A stretch of 64,000 bases of DNA from a bacterium (GCA_039630415.1 JBCNVB010000018.1:96001-160000); one strand, 5' to 3'; positions 38,533 to 50,844 are shown, counted from the stretch's first letter. Notes: generated from the sequence alone by a model not told the origin. Made by a program: numbers and translations.

Positions 38533-40602
38533 ATGGATCCGATATACTTAAACATTCTTTGGCATCAACACCAGCCAATATACAAAGATCCAATAAAAGA
38601 TACCTATACAGCTCCATGGGTAAGATTACATGCTACCAAAGATTACTATGACATGGCATCAATACTACTTAATTTTCCTAAAATAAAGCTAACAATAAAT
38701 CTAACACCATCTTTACTAGTTCAAATAGAAGACTATGTCAATAAGTTAAGAGATTATGCAGATGAACAAAGCCCAAACTACAAGAAAGAATCAGCTTTCC
38801 CCAAAGGTAAACTAGATAGAGCATTAGATCTATTGTTTAAACCAGTAGATCAATGGACTGAAGATGATAAAAATTTTGCCAAACAGAGATTTTTTGACGC
38901 ACATCATGAATCACAAATATTCAAATACCCCCCTTACAAAAAACTTTTTGAAAAAGTAAAAAATAATCAACCACTAACTAATCAAGACTATCTCAATTTG
39001 AAAGTATGGTTCCATTTGGTTTGGTTTGATCCAGATTTCCTTGAAAAAGAAACTGAACTAGTAGGAGAAGATCAAAACGGTAAAGTTATCAAAGATAAAG
39101 TCACTAAAATAAAAGACATCTACAAAAAAGGTCTGAGAGGAGAAAATTTCACCGAAGAAGATGCAAAAAATATCATTCTTGAAACCTATAAAATCATGAA
39201 ATTCGTCATACCTATCCATAGATATCTACAAAATAAAGGACAAATAGAGATCACTACTACCCCATTTTATCATCCAATTCTTCCATTAGTAGACAACACT
39301 GATTCGGCTAAAGAACAAAGTCCTCATATACCTTTACCAAATACTTTCAAGTATCCTGAAGATGCTAACACACACGTTAAAATGGCTGTAGAATATTACA
39401 AAAAGCTATTTGGTAAGTATCCAGTTGGTATGTGGCCAGGTGAAGGAGCTGTAGGAGAAAGTATTATAAAACACCTAGTAAGAAACGGAATAAAGTGGTT
39501 TTCAACAGGCCATGAAGTAGTCTTTAAATCAGGGTTCGCAGGAGATACACTCCAACCGTACAGAGTAGACGTGGATTCAGAATTTATTGATAATCTCAAC
39601 AATGACGCTATATCACTAGTACCTAGATCAATACACGACAAAATAGGTTGGGACTACGGACTATACAGAGGTAAAAAAGACGGTTATGAAGCTGCTAAAG
39701 ATTTCATCGAATTCCTTAAACAACAAAAACATTACAATAATGTTCCCCAAAGCGAACCAATATATATAACCAATACTTGTGATGGTGAAAATGTATGGAC
39801 TTACTACCAAAACGATGGTAAAGACTTCCTTATGGCTCTCTATGATCTACTACAAAAAGATGACAGAATAAAAACAATGACACCAAAAGAATATATAACT
39901 CAGATAAAACCTATAGATAAGCAGTGGGAGTTAGAACCACTAGCTACAGGATCTTGGGTACACGGTGATTTAACCACCTGGATAGGCGAAGAATCCGAAA
40001 ACCAAGGTTGGAATCTACTCAACAAAGTAAGACAGGAATTCATAAAAATACCTTACATAACTGAGATATCCACTAGTTTGATAGAAGAACCGAGTAAACT
40101 CAACAGAGAGAAATATTACCTATATAAAGCATGGCATACACTATTTGCAGCCGAGGGATCAGATTGGTTCTGGTGGTATGGTAATGATTGGGATTCAGGT
40201 AACGATAAGTACTTTTCAAGAAAACATCGCGAACTTATGGTAAATGCCTTAAAATTAGTAACAAAAGCAGGATATAAAGCAGACTTTCCAAAGCAAATCT
40301 TTGAACCACTTTATCAGGATACCCAACCCTTAAAACCCAACCTGGTTATCTTTAACCCACAAAAAAATAATGATAACCTAATTTTCGAACTAAAGTTACT
40401 TAATCCCCTTAACCTACCAATTAATTTAGATAAATATAGCCTTATACTTCAGTACAACGATAAACAACAAAAATTTAAACTAACAGATTTACTTAAAGAC
40501 AACAAAATCACAATACCTAATGTAAACCAAAAAGGAGAATACCAAATATACATACTCGATGAAAATGAAGAAGTAATAGAAACAGACTACTATATTCAAT
40601 AA
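38533..40602 (+). CDS. Glycoside hydrolase family 57 (amylopullulanase-like)
   Basis: WHQHQP.Y, WVRLHA.KDY, TPFYHPILPL, GMWPGE, DGEN.W and AEGSDWFWW motifs; GGAGG SD. Confidence 0.93.
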   Translation: MDPIYLNILWHQHQPIYKDPIKDTYTAPWVRLHATKDYYDMASILLNFPKIKLTINLTPSLLVQIEDYVNKLRDYADEQSPNYKKESAFPKGKLDRALDLLFKPVDQWTEDDKNFAKQRFFDAHHESQIFKYPPYKKLFEKVKNNQPLTNQDYLNLKVWFHLVWFDPDFLEKETELVGEDQNGKVIKDKVTKIKDIYKKGLRGENFTEEDAKNIILETYKIMKFVIPIHRYLQNKGQIEITTTPFYHPILPLVDNTDSAKEQSPHIPLPNTFKYPEDANTHVKMAVEYYKKLFGKYPVGMWPGEGAVGESIIKHLVRNGIKWFSTGHEVVFKSGFAGDTLQPYRVDVDSEFIDNLNNDAISLVPRSIHDKIGWDYGLYRGKKDGYEAAKDFIEFLKQQKHYNNVPQSEPIYITNTCDGENVWTYYQNDGKDFLMALYDLLQKDDRIKTMTPKEYITQIKPIDKQWELEPLATGSWVHGDLTTWIGEESENQGWNLLNKVRQEFIKIPYITEISTSLIEEPSKLNREKYYLYKAWHTLFAAEGSDWFWWYGNDWDSGNDKYFSRKHRELMVNALKLVTKAGYKADFPKQIFEPLYQDTQPLKPNLVIFNPQKNNDNLIFELKLLNPLNLPINLDKYSLILQYNDKQQKFKLTDLLKDNKITIPNVNQKGEYQIYILDENEEVIETDYYIQ

Positions 40603-40611
40603 GTTTATACA

Positions 40612-41127
40612 TTGAGTAGCATAAGTAGTATACTATCTAATCCTTTTTTATCACTCGTAATATTTATTGCTTCCTTGATAATACTTCTTGTATCTTTGAA
40701 AAACGAACAAATAACTAACTTTGAGATAGAAGATTCACCAATAACTAGAATAAGTCTTTATGACGTTGAAATAAAGGTATGGAAAGACTATAAATCTATA
40801 AACTTTACAGCAAAAGCTGAAAAACTACGAACTATACTTTTTTCGAATTATCTCTATTGTAATAATGTCCAAATCCATAAGATGCATAGAGATACCTTGA
40901 TAAATATTCAAATCCCTATCTTAGAGATATACACCAACTTGTACTTTGGTAAAGCGGAGAACGTTAAATCAGTCCTTTATCTTAACAAACAAAAACTCAT
41001 ACTTTACTCCCAAAAGTTGGAAATATTAAACCAAAGGATAAAGCTTACAAGAAACTATGTGTATCATATTAGGAACGATACAACTATAAAAGCTTTCTAC
41101 CCCAAAATGGAAATTTATTTGCAATGA
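40612..41127 (+). CDS. Hypothetical membrane-anchored beta-rich protein (possibly LptC-like)
   Basis: One N-terminal TM helix followed by beta-strand patterning; the family guess is weak. Confidence 0.55.
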   Translation: MSSISSILSNPFLSLVIFIASLIILLVSLKNEQITNFEIEDSPITRISLYDVEIKVWKDYKSINFTAKAEKLRTILFSNYLYCNNVQIHKMHRDTLINIQIPILEIYTNLYFGKAENVKSVLYLNKQKLILYSQKLEILNQRIKLTRNYVYHIRNDTTIKAFYPKMEIYLQ

Positions 41128-42452
41128 TACTATTGGATAACATTTTTCAATATCAGACATTGTCAAAAATTAAAGATATACTGATTTTCATTGATAGTTT
41201 GGGAGTTGAATGGGGGTTTGTAGGAGGTATTCCCAGAGATTTCCTTTTATTCAAGACCAAGCTCAAAACAAACGAAATAGATATCGTCTTTTTAGTACCT
41301 GTAACAAAAATATTCCTTTTGATAGTAGATAAATTCAAAGATTTAGTGGCTCAAAAATACTTCCATGATAGATTTATAACTGGAAAAGTGGTTTTGACAA
41401 ATGGTACAGTAATTGATGTAATAACAGCAAGGGAAGAATTTTATGCTTCTGAGGCTCAATTACCAATAGTTGAACCAACCTCTAATATCAAAGCAGATAT
41501 ATATAGGAGAGACATAACTATAAACGCTATTTTTTTTAAAAGAAAATTGAAACATCCTGACAAAATTTTTGAAATCATAGATCTAGTAGGAGGATACAAA
41601 GATTTAATTCAAAGCGTATGTAGATTCATATACCCCACTTCGCTACAAGATGATCCTACACGTATATACCGAATCCTTAGATACAAAAATAGATTCAACT
41701 TTAAAGTAGAAAATAATTCACTGGAAATGATCAAAAACTCTTTACACTATATAGATCTTCTCTCAATAAATAGGGTATATAACGAACTAACCAAAATCAA
41801 TCAGGAAAAAAAATTCGACAAAATATATGAAGATTTTTTCAAAATAGGCTTTGATCCTATTAATCTAAACTCATTCAACCCTCATAACCTTCAAATAGTT
41901 AAGGATTTAAAAATTCTTAGAAAATCTATTATTTCGTTTGAAAAATTTTTTGCACATCATCAGAAAAAACTAAAACTCTGCATCGATAGAAACAAAATTA
42001 TCTTCTCTTTTCTCGTATCCAAAAACTTCTTGAAAAATGAAAAATATCAAAATATTCTATCCAAGGATATTTATAAGTTCTCAAATATCTGGAGAGAAAT
42101 TCTCTCTATCAACCCACTAACATCAAAAAGCCTAAAAAAATTCTATATCCAAGAACTTAATAAATATAACTGTATAGAGGTTTTTGTAGCCTTAATTTAT
42201 ATGCTATATCAACATCAAAGAACAGATCTAAAAAAGATAGTCAGGTACTTATTCAGAAAAAAATACCTTAATCGTTTTAAAATCACCGCCAAATTTATTC
42301 ATTCAATAGCACAGTACTATTATCCACAAAAAAATATCTGTCAAAACACCATCCTAAACTTGCTTAAAAAAGCCAACTACCTATATTACCTAAACAAAAT
42401 AAGAACAAGTAGTCAGCTAATAAGATATGTAAGAAAAAAATTAACAAAATGA
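41124..42452 (+). CDS. cca: Class II tRNA nucleotidyltransferase (CCA- or A-adding)
   Basis: VGGIPRD..EIDI, TAREEFY....LP.VE loop, RRDITINA and DDPTRI.R..RY motifs. Confidence 0.88.
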   Translation: MILLDNIFQYQTLSKIKDILIFIDSLGVEWGFVGGIPRDFLLFKTKLKTNEIDIVFLVPVTKIFLLIVDKFKDLVAQKYFHDRFITGKVVLTNGTVIDVITAREEFYASEAQLPIVEPTSNIKADIYRRDITINAIFFKRKLKHPDKIFEIIDLVGGYKDLIQSVCRFIYPTSLQDDPTRIYRILRYKNRFNFKVENNSLEMIKNSLHYIDLLSINRVYNELTKINQEKKFDKIYEDFFKIGFDPINLNSFNPHNLQIVKDLKILRKSIISFEKFFAHHQKKLKLCIDRNKIIFSFLVSKNFLKNEKYQNILSKDIYKFSNIWREILSINPLTSKSLKKFYIQELNKYNCIEVFVALIYMLYQHQRTDLKKIVRYLFRKKYLNRFKITAKFIHSIAQYYYPQKNICQNTILNLLKKANYLYYLNKIRTSSQLIRYVRKKLTK

Positions 42453-42573
42453 AAAATATTTTTACAAGTTTTACATCTCAGAGGTTGAATAAGAACATGA
42501 TATTTGACATAGTGTATTTAGAAAAGTTAAGGCTTTACCTTAGCAAAAATTACAGGGAGGAAGGTGATAAGTT

Positions 42574-43515
42574 ATGTCTATACAAAAAATTCACGGACAA
42601 CCAACAAGTGTTTCCTCTTCCTTTACTCAATCAAACCAAGTATCAAATCAAATCCAGACAGAACAAACTAAAGATACAGAAAAGACTAAAGACATAGAAA
42701 AAACTAAAGATACAGAAAAAACTGAAGATTTAGAAAAAACAAAAGATACTGAGCAACTGAAAGATAAAGTCCAAGTTTCTTCCGAGGGTAGAGAACTAAT
42801 CGATCATAAAAGTATTGAAAATAGTGTACCAACTCAAAACATAGCCTCTTCAAGCCCAGTATCCATTGGTAATCCAGTTAGTAATTCACTACCTGTGATG
42901 GGTAATGGATTTAGTGATTTGCTAAATTCTCTTTTCAATACATTAGTAGGTCAAGGTAACTCCAGTAATTCTCCAATATCTGCCATGAGCGCACCTACTA
43001 CAAACTCACCCGGTGCCATATCAAACATGGGAGCAATCCCCAATTCAGGAAATTATGGAGCAACACCTATAATGAACCAAGGATTCACTCCCTTTGTACC
43101 TCAAAATCAGTTAGATCAACTAATACTTGAAGCCGCAAGAAGATTTAATCTAGACCCAGCTCTATTAAAAGCAGTAATTAAACAGGAAAGTGGATTTAAT
43201 CCAAGAGCTACTTCACACGCAGGTGCCATGGGATTAATGCAATTAATGCCAGAAACAGCAAGAGAAATGGGAGTACAAAATCCATATGACCCAGTACAAA
43301 ATGTAATGGGAGGAGCAAAATATCTTAGAAAAATGCTAGATATGTTTGGTGGAAGAGTAGATTTAGCCCTAGCTGCATATAACGCAGGTCCCGGTAATGT
43401 ACAAAAATACGGCGGTATACCACCCTTCCCAGAAACCCAAAACTACGTCAGAAAAGTATTATCATACTACGCACAATATAAGGCTGAAATGTCTTCTCAA
43501 AAAGGAGTAGCTTAA
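42574..43515 (+). CDS. Lytic transglycosylase (SLT/GH23) with a long disordered N-terminus
   Basis: [31 protein letters not shown] and [10 protein letters not shown] motifs; AGGTGA SD. Confidence 0.93.
   Translation: MSIQKIHGQPTSVSSSFTQSNQVSNQIQTEQTKDTEKTKDIEKTKDTEKTEDLEKTKDTEQLKDKVQVSSEGRELIDHKSIENSVPTQNIASSSPVSIGNPVSNSLPVMGNGFSDLLNSLFNTLVGQGNSSNSPISAMSAPTTNSPGAISNMGAIPNSGNYGATPIMNQGFTPFVPQNQLDQLILEAARRFNLDPALLKAVIKQESGFNPRATSHAGAMGLMQLMPETAREMGVQNPYDPVQNVMGGAKYLRKMLDMFGGRVDLALAAYNAGPGNVQKYGGIPPFPETQNYVRKVLSYYAQYKAEMSSQKGVA
42661..42768 (+). repeat. Degenerate 18-bp coding tandem repeat, about 6 units (EKTKDT)
   Basis: Encodes [36 protein letters not shown]. Confidence 0.8.
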
Positions 43516-43545
43516 GAAAATATATAGAAGGTAGGTGATAAACGC

Positions 43546-44517
43546 ATGTCTATTCAAAACATATCAAACCAGTACCAAATATACTCCACACCTACCAATA
43601 TCAATCAAACAAACACTAGTCAAACAAATAACGTCCAAACAAATTCACAAACACAGGAAATAGTATCAGATAAAGTAGCTGTCTCATCAAATGAATTATA
43701 TACAAACACTGAAACAAGTATTAATACAGCTACTAACTTAAATATTAGTCCTGCAAGTAGCTCTAGCAATGTTTCAAACCTTCCAACAATATCACCAACA
43801 GGAAACCCGGAAGAAGATATGCTAAATACTCTCTTCGATATTGTCATGCACACATCAAATCCAAATCAACAAAAAGTAAATTTAACTAACTCACCAGGTG
43901 ATATATCAACTATTGGTGTACCACCTGCTTTACCACAAACTAAAGAAACTAAACCTAAACAACAATCCCAAAATAAAAAACAAATCGAATCTAATTCTAA
44001 AGCTAAACAAACTATCAAGCAAAATGTTAAGAAATCATCAACCCCCAAAAATAAAGCACCAATAGTAAATGAAGGATATTTCTCTTACCCACCTAAAGAT
44101 GAAATAGACAAAATAATTCTAGAGGCTGCTAAGAAATACAATCTAGATCCAGCATTAATAAAAGCTGTAATAAAACAAGAAAGTAACTTCAATCACAATG
44201 CTGTGTCCGATGCAGGAGCAATGGGGTTAATGCAATTGATGCCAGAAACAGCAAAAGACATGCAAGTAAAAGACCCATTTGACAAACGACAAAATATAAT
44301 GGGAGGAGCAAGATATTTAAGAAGTATGTTAAATATGTTCAATAATAGGATAGACCTAGCTTTAGCAGCATATAATGCAGGCCCAGGAAATGTTCAAAAA
44401 TATGGTGGTATACCACCCTTCCCAGAAACTCAAAACTACGTCAAAAAAGTACTTATGTACTACGAACAGTACAGATCTCAGATGATAGCTGAAAAATTCA
44501 AATCATACAAAACCTAG
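43546..44517 (+). CDS. Second lytic transglycosylase (SLT/GH23), tandem paralog
   Basis: Catalytic domain closely similar to that of 42574..43515; AGGTGA SD. Confidence 0.93.
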   Translation: MSIQNISNQYQIYSTPTNINQTNTSQTNNVQTNSQTQEIVSDKVAVSSNELYTNTETSINTATNLNISPASSSSNVSNLPTISPTGNPEEDMLNTLFDIVMHTSNPNQQKVNLTNSPGDISTIGVPPALPQTKETKPKQQSQNKKQIESNSKAKQTIKQNVKKSSTPKNKAPIVNEGYFSYPPKDEIDKIILEAAKKYNLDPALIKAVIKQESNFNHNAVSDAGAMGLMQLMPETAKDMQVKDPFDKRQNIMGGARYLRSMLNMFNNRIDLALAAYNAGPGNVQKYGGIPPFPETQNYVKKVLMYYEQYRSQMIAEKFKSYKT

Positions 44518-44522
44518 AATAA

Positions 44523-45890
<1,368 letters not shown>

Positions 45891-45900
45891 GTGATAAACT

Positions 45901-46500
45901 ATGAAATTTGAAATGACAAAGTATGAAGGTGGATGGATAGAACTAATCGTAGGTTGTATGTTTAGTGGTAAGAGCGAAGAATTGATAAGAAGAGTTAAAA
46001 GAGCAATCATAGCTAATCAAAAAGTAATCGCTTTCAAACCACACATAGATAACAGATATGATAGAGATATGGTATCTAGTCACAACGGTATAAAGGTAGA
46101 AGCAATAGTAGTAAAAAGTGCAGAGGAAATATATGAAAAATCTAAAGATTTTGATGTAGTTGCAATAGATGAAGCTCAATTTTTTGATAGTAAACTAATA
46201 GAAATAGTTGAGAAATTAGCAGACCAAAATAAAAGAGTGATAATAGCAGGCTTAGATCAAGATTTTCGAGGTGAACCTTTTTCCATAATGCCACATCTTA
46301 TGGCAATAGCAGATAGCGTAGAAAAGCTACATGCTATATGCGTAGTATGTGGAGCAGTAGCTACAAAAAGTCAGAGACTAATAAACGGCTCTCCAGCTCC
46401 CTATGACTCCCCTACCATCATTATCGGTGCTATGGAAACTTACCAACCAAGATGTAGAAAATGCTTCCAAAAACCTTTAAAAGCACAAGCTAATGTATGA
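45901..46500 (+). CDS. tdk: Thymidine kinase
   Basis: [29 protein letters not shown] and Zn-binding cysteines. Confidence 0.97.
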   Translation: MKFEMTKYEGGWIELIVGCMFSGKSEELIRRVKRAIIANQKVIAFKPHIDNRYDRDMVSSHNGIKVEAIVVKSAEEIYEKSKDFDVVAIDEAQFFDSKLIEIVEKLADQNKRVIIAGLDQDFRGEPFSIMPHLMAIADSVEKLHAICVVCGAVATKSQRLINGSPAPYDSPTIIIGAMETYQPRCRKCFQKPLKAQANV

Positions 46501-47129
46501 ACGACTATCTCTTAATCCTATTTGTAACCATTTTATCTTATCTGTTAGGTAGTATCCCAACAGGATATATTATAGGTAAACTTAAAGGAATAGACATAAC
46601 AAAACAAGGTAGTGGAAACATAGGAATGGCAAACGTTTTTAGAACATTAGGACCAATTTATGGTATTACAGTGCTGCTTCTTGACGCATCAAAAGGGTTT
46701 ATACCAACTTTTATAGCTATAGAGCTTAATTTCCCTTTACTCGTTATACTTTTAGTAGGGATATTCTCTATTTTGGGACATATTTTTTCTATCTTTTTAG
46801 GGTTTAAAGGTGGTAAAGGTGTAGCCACAGCGGCTGGTATGTTTTTAGCCATAAGTCCTATTCTTACTTTATCTTCTTTCTTGGTATGGTTAACAACCGT
46901 TCTTTTAACAAGATACTCCTCTTTGGGGTCAATACTTGCTTGTTTATGGGCTTGTTTTCTTGTACTACTATATCAATTCGAGCTTATTAAAATCAGCCTT
47001 CTTACATTCTATACAGCACAAAAAGCATATTTCTGTGTTTTTGTTATCCTAATCTCAATCTTCATCATTTTCAAACATAGGGACAACATTGTCAGAATAA
47101 TAAAAAATCAGGAAAAAAAGCTATTCTAG
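46497..47129 (+). CDS. plsY: Glycerol-3-phosphate acyltransferase
   Basis: YLLGSIP, GSGNIG..N..R, GH.FS...F.GGKGVA and H..NI.R motifs. Confidence 0.95.
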   Translation: MNDYLLILFVTILSYLLGSIPTGYIIGKLKGIDITKQGSGNIGMANVFRTLGPIYGITVLLLDASKGFIPTFIAIELNFPLLVILLVGIFSILGHIFSIFLGFKGGKGVATAAGMFLAISPILTLSSFLVWLTTVLLTRYSSLGSILACLWACFLVLLYQFELIKISLLTFYTAQKAYFCVFVILISIFIIFKHRDNIVRIIKNQEKKLF

Positions 47130-49349
47130 TTTGTTGTATACAGGAACAATATTTGTCAAATTAAAAAATAACAAACTAAAATCGCTCATAACCATAATAA
47201 TTGCAGCCAATATAGGGTTAACAGTTATACCAAAACCTACTAACATTCCCATTGCTAAAGGAACAAAAAATGAATTGTAGCCAAAAACCCAAAATATATT
47301 GAATCTAAGTTTTTTAAACACTTCATCTGAAATTTTAATTAATTCCTTCAACTGAGAAATCTCTTTGAGAATTACCTTTGCAGAATTTTGAGTTATATCA
47401 CTACCATACTCAAATGATATTCCAACATCAGCAACTGTCATAGCCAAACTATCATTTATTCCATCCCCAATGAATACAACATATTCATTACTTTTGGAGT
47501 TTTGTTTATTTTTAAGATTCTCTATAATTCTAACCTTACTAACTGAGTCAACCGAGCATATTACTTTATCTGATTCAATACTCAATTGTTTGGTTATTTC
47601 AAATGTTGATTCTTTTGAGGAACCTGTCAAGATATAAATCTCTTTGTTTGATTTTTGAATGGTTTTTAAAGCTTCCATTACACCCTGATTTATCTCTTCT
47701 CGATAGCTGAAAATGCAAGTATTTATCGGATCATTATCTTTTAGAAGTATAGCGTACGTACTTGAGCTTATTGTTTGATACTCTTTTTGGTTTTGGAGAT
47801 TCTTTTTGATAAACATTGGATTACCAAGTAATAGAGTGTAAAATTGTTTATTTTCTTTGTGTTTTGCCTTTAAGATAATCCCTTCAGAAGATACTTCTTT
47901 GAACTCGTGGATATGATAGTTAGTTAGTAGCCTATCTAAGTCGAGATTATACATAGAAAGGATATAGTTTTTTATTCCAACAGAGATTGGATGATTTGAT
48001 TTTGAAACTCCTATCATTAAAAGTTCTAAAAAAGTATTTGTTTCCGATTGATTTACAAACTCAAGGCTATTTATTTTCAAGTTTTTGTTAGTAATAGTTC
48101 CCGTTTTGTCGAAGACAAACTTTTGAGCTTTGGATATTTTTTCAAATACGTAAGGATCTTTAATTATAATATGCTTTTTTGATGTTTCTAACATTCCCTT
48201 ATTTATAGCCAAAGGAGAAGCAAGACCAATAGCACAAGGACAAGCTATTATTAACGTAGATATAAGCGAATTCAACGCCATTTGATAATTACCACTAATA
48301 TACCAGTAAACAAAACTACCTAAAGCAAGGAAAACAATGACAATAACAAAATTACCCGATAGTTTATCAATAAATCTTTGGTAATTTGAAGCTTTTGAGG
48401 TTAGATTATATAGTGTTATCTCCATTCCTTTCCAGAAACTTTTGTTATAATCCACTAGGGATTTTATTTTTATTGTTCCGTCTATGAGGAATGATCCGGC
48501 GGGAACAATTTCACCTTTCTCTACCACTTTGGGTTGATTTTCTCCAAAAATTAAACTCAGATCGACTAAACCTTCACCTTCAACAACTTGCCCATCTACA
48601 GGTATACTTTGTCCCTTTACGATCTCCAATATATCACCTTCTTTTATTTGATCAACATCCATACTTGTCCAGTGATTATCAACCAATCCATTAACCTTCA
48701 CAGGTCTATAAGTTAGTAAATTCAGTACAGAATACATACCCTGCTTCTTATATCTATTTTCAATATATCTACCTATCAAAAGAACACTTATTATAATACA
48801 AGAAGTTTCAAAATAAAGTTTGTGTATGTTATTGAAATAAGCATATAAGCTATAAAAATAGGCAGTAGTAGTAGAGATAACTATTAAAAGATCCATGTTT
48901 AACGTCATATTTTTTAGCGAGTAAAAAACACTTCTATAGAATCTATATCCATTAACAAACTGTACAAAACTAGTTGCAAAAATGACTGTATATGCTATTA
49001 GTTTACTAGAATAGATCGAACTATGAAAAAACATACAGGTAATAAAAACAAAAATCGAGAGTACTATAGAAGATATAAGGTTTAAAATTTCCCAGTGATT
49101 ATGTTTTTCACTGGATACGAATTCAGTTTGAATCTCAGCTTGATAGCCAAGCTTTTTGATTTCCCTTATAATGTTTGAAATATCAAAACCTGGATTTACT
49201 ATGACAAACATTTTTTGGGTAGCAAAATCTATGTCGATAAAATTTATATTTTTACCTACTTTGCTTTGTAGTGAATGTTTCAGATTTTTCGCACAACTAA
49301 TACAATCCAACCCTTTGATTTTTATAACGAATTCTCTTGAATCACTCAT
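47121..49349 (-). CDS. P1B-type heavy-metal ATPase (CopA/CcoI-like)
   Basis: CISC metal-binding domain, YFE, CPC, DKTGT, HP, GDGIND and YN motifs. Confidence 0.88.
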   Translation of the reverse strand: MSDSREFVIKIKGLDCISCAKNLKHSLQSKVGKNINFIDIDFATQKMFVIVNPGFDISNIIREIKKLGYQAEIQTEFVSSEKHNHWEILNLISSIVLSIFVFITCMFFHSSIYSSKLIAYTVIFATSFVQFVNGYRFYRSVFYSLKNMTLNMDLLIVISTTTAYFYSLYAYFNNIHKLYFETSCIIISVLLIGRYIENRYKKQGMYSVLNLLTYRPVKVNGLVDNHWTSMDVDQIKEGDILEIVKGQSIPVDGQVVEGEGLVDLSLIFGENQPKVVEKGEIVPAGSFLIDGTIKIKSLVDYNKSFWKGMEITLYNLTSKASNYQRFIDKLSGNFVIVIVFLALGSFVYWYISGNYQMALNSLISTLIIACPCAIGLASPLAINKGMLETSKKHIIIKDPYVFEKISKAQKFVFDKTGTITNKNLKINSLEFVNQSETNTFLELLMIGVSKSNHPISVGIKNYILSMYNLDLDRLLTNYHIHEFKEVSSEGIILKAKHKENKQFYTLLLGNPMFIKKNLQNQKEYQTISSSTYAILLKDNDPINTCIFSYREEINQGVMEALKTIQKSNKEIYILTGSSKESTFEITKQLSIESDKVICSVDSVSKVRIIENLKNKQNSKSNEYVVFIGDGINDSLAMTVADVGISFEYGSDITQNSAKVILKEISQLKELIKISDEVFKKLRFNIFWVFGYNSFFVPLAMGMLVGFGITVNPILAAIIMVMSDFSLLFFNLTNIVPVYNKLE

Positions 49350-49367
49350 TGAGATCTCTACTTATAA

Positions 49368-49392
49368 TTTATAGCATATTAAATCTAATCCT
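49368..49392 (-). promoter_or_regulatory. Candidate promoter for the P1B ATPase (AAGG-N16-TATAAA, TGn-extended)
   Basis: Minus strand reads GCAAGG ATTAGATTTAATATGC TATAAA. Confidence 0.55.
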
Positions 49393-49441
49393 TGCTAGAT
49401 TCTAACAGGATAATCAAAGACATATAGATAGCCAAAGGCAG

Positions 49442-50149
49442 ATGAAGGTTAGTAAAAATTACGTAAAGAATATGTATTATGGAATGAGTAATCGTTCTTT
49501 GATACTCTTAGCACTTTTTTTTGTGTATGAATTAATAGCAATTAGTGCTAATCTTTTCTCCCCCACATTATTCATCCTTTCAACTCTAAACCTAACACCT
49601 ACAAAATCCCAGGTTGAATTGAAAGAATATTACCGAATAATTAACCAGATCATACAAAACAATCCTTTAAATAATCCAGAAATTTTTAAAAGCATGGAAA
49701 AGCATTTTGATAATATCGAAATAGTAGGAGTAACAAGTATAATTTCTTATCACCCAGAGTATTTTTACGTACAAAACGTAAATAACATCAAAGCAAAAGA
49801 TATCGTGCTAAATCAGCAAAACTTATTAGGAATAGTAGAAAAAGTAGGATACAAAATATCAAGGGTAAGATACATAAAGTCCAATTCTTTTCAGATACCT
49901 GCAAAAGTAATATATACAAATCCAGATAATCCTATACTTGGTTTTATAAAAACATCGTCAAGAGTGTACTTCTATCCATTAGACCCCAAAAGTTCTGTAC
50001 CAACAAATGGTACAGTAAAAACAGCAGGATACTTTTCCATACCATCAGGAATACCCATAGGAATAATCTACTCAAATAACGAAGTAAAAATGTTCAGAAG
50101 TCTTACTCAAACAGACCAAGTTATTATCATCAGAAAAAAACAAACATGA
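49442..50149 (+). CDS. mreC: Rod shape-determining protein MreC-like
   Basis: N-terminal TM helix, V.....LLGIV..V....SRV..I and V.TAG....PSGIPIG.I patterns. Confidence 0.65.
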   Translation: MKVSKNYVKNMYYGMSNRSLILLALFFVYELIAISANLFSPTLFILSTLNLTPTKSQVELKEYYRIINQIIQNNPLNNPEIFKSMEKHFDNIEIVGVTSIISYHPEYFYVQNVNNIKAKDIVLNQQNLLGIVEKVGYKISRVRYIKSNSFQIPAKVIYTNPDNPILGFIKTSSRVYFYPLDPKSSVPTNGTVKTAGYFSIPSGIPIGIIYSNNEVKMFRSLTQTDQVIIIRKKQT

Positions 50150-50823
50150 TAATAACAATTGATGGTCCATCAGGAACAGGAAAAACTACTATAGGTATAA
50201 AACTAACCATAAAACTAAATAAAACTACAAAGTATAGTTTCTATTTCATTGATACTGGCTTGGTATACAGAATGTATACTTTTAAAACTATCAGTAGCCT
50301 AAATCATAGTTCAATAAATCCAAACAAAGTAGTTATAATAGATAAGCTATACAAAAATCCAAACTACGAAAAAAAGTATAGTTATCTGTATACTGAGGAA
50401 ATAGCTTTAAAAACATCAGAATTATCTAAAGTCAAAGAAAACAGACAGTTTATAACAAATCAGATAAGGGAAAAAGTAAAACAGATAAGAGAAAAACAGA
50501 AAAATAGTGGTTTTGTTGTAGTAGGTAGAGACTGTGGAACAGTTATTTTCCCACAAGCAGACTTTAAATTCTATTTGTACACTAACCCCCATATAAGAGC
50601 AAAAAGAAGAATAAAGCAATATGAAAAGCTAGGAATTAAAACAGAATATAGACAAATACTTCAACAGATAATCAGAAGAGACCTTGAAGACTCTCTAAGA
50701 GAAGAATCCCCTCTACCACCCATACAAAATTTACCCCCAGATTTCATTCCCATCATATCAGATAACCTAACAATTACTCAAACAGTAAACGAAATATTAA
50801 AAAAAATAAAAGGAATAGGGTAA
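50146..50823 (+). CDS. cmk: Cytidylate kinase
   Basis: ITIDGPSGTGKTT, DTG..YR, GRD.GTVIFP.A and RD..D..R..SPL motifs. Confidence 0.93.
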   Translation: MIITIDGPSGTGKTTIGIKLTIKLNKTTKYSFYFIDTGLVYRMYTFKTISSLNHSSINPNKVVIIDKLYKNPNYEKKYSYLYTEEIALKTSELSKVKENRQFITNQIREKVKQIREKQKNSGFVVVGRDCGTVIFPQADFKFYLYTNPHIRAKRRIKQYEKLGIKTEYRQILQQIIRRDLEDSLREESPLPPIQNLPPDFIPIISDNLTITQTVNEILKKIKGIG

Positions 50824-50835
50824 ATCAAATTGAAT
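50811..50835 (+). promoter_or_regulatory. Candidate promoter for the EamA gene (AAGG-N16-TTGAAT)
   Basis: AAAAGG AATAGGGTAAATCAAA TTGAAT, ending 9 nt before GTG 50845. Confidence 0.55.
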
Positions 50836-50844
50836 TAGTACCAT

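Noticed and set aside
42504-42533. TTGACA as a sigma-70 promoter for the SLT pair
   Set aside because: No TAnnnT hexamer follows at 16-18 nt, so it is not called.
42449-42697. 82-aa ORF between cca and the first SLT gene
   Set aside because: It overlaps the SLT gene out of frame, covers its SD and has no motif.
12834-42768. Short repeats (12834-12891, 42661-42768) as CRISPR arrays
   Set aside because: They are in-frame coding tandem repeats without spacers, and no cas genes are present.
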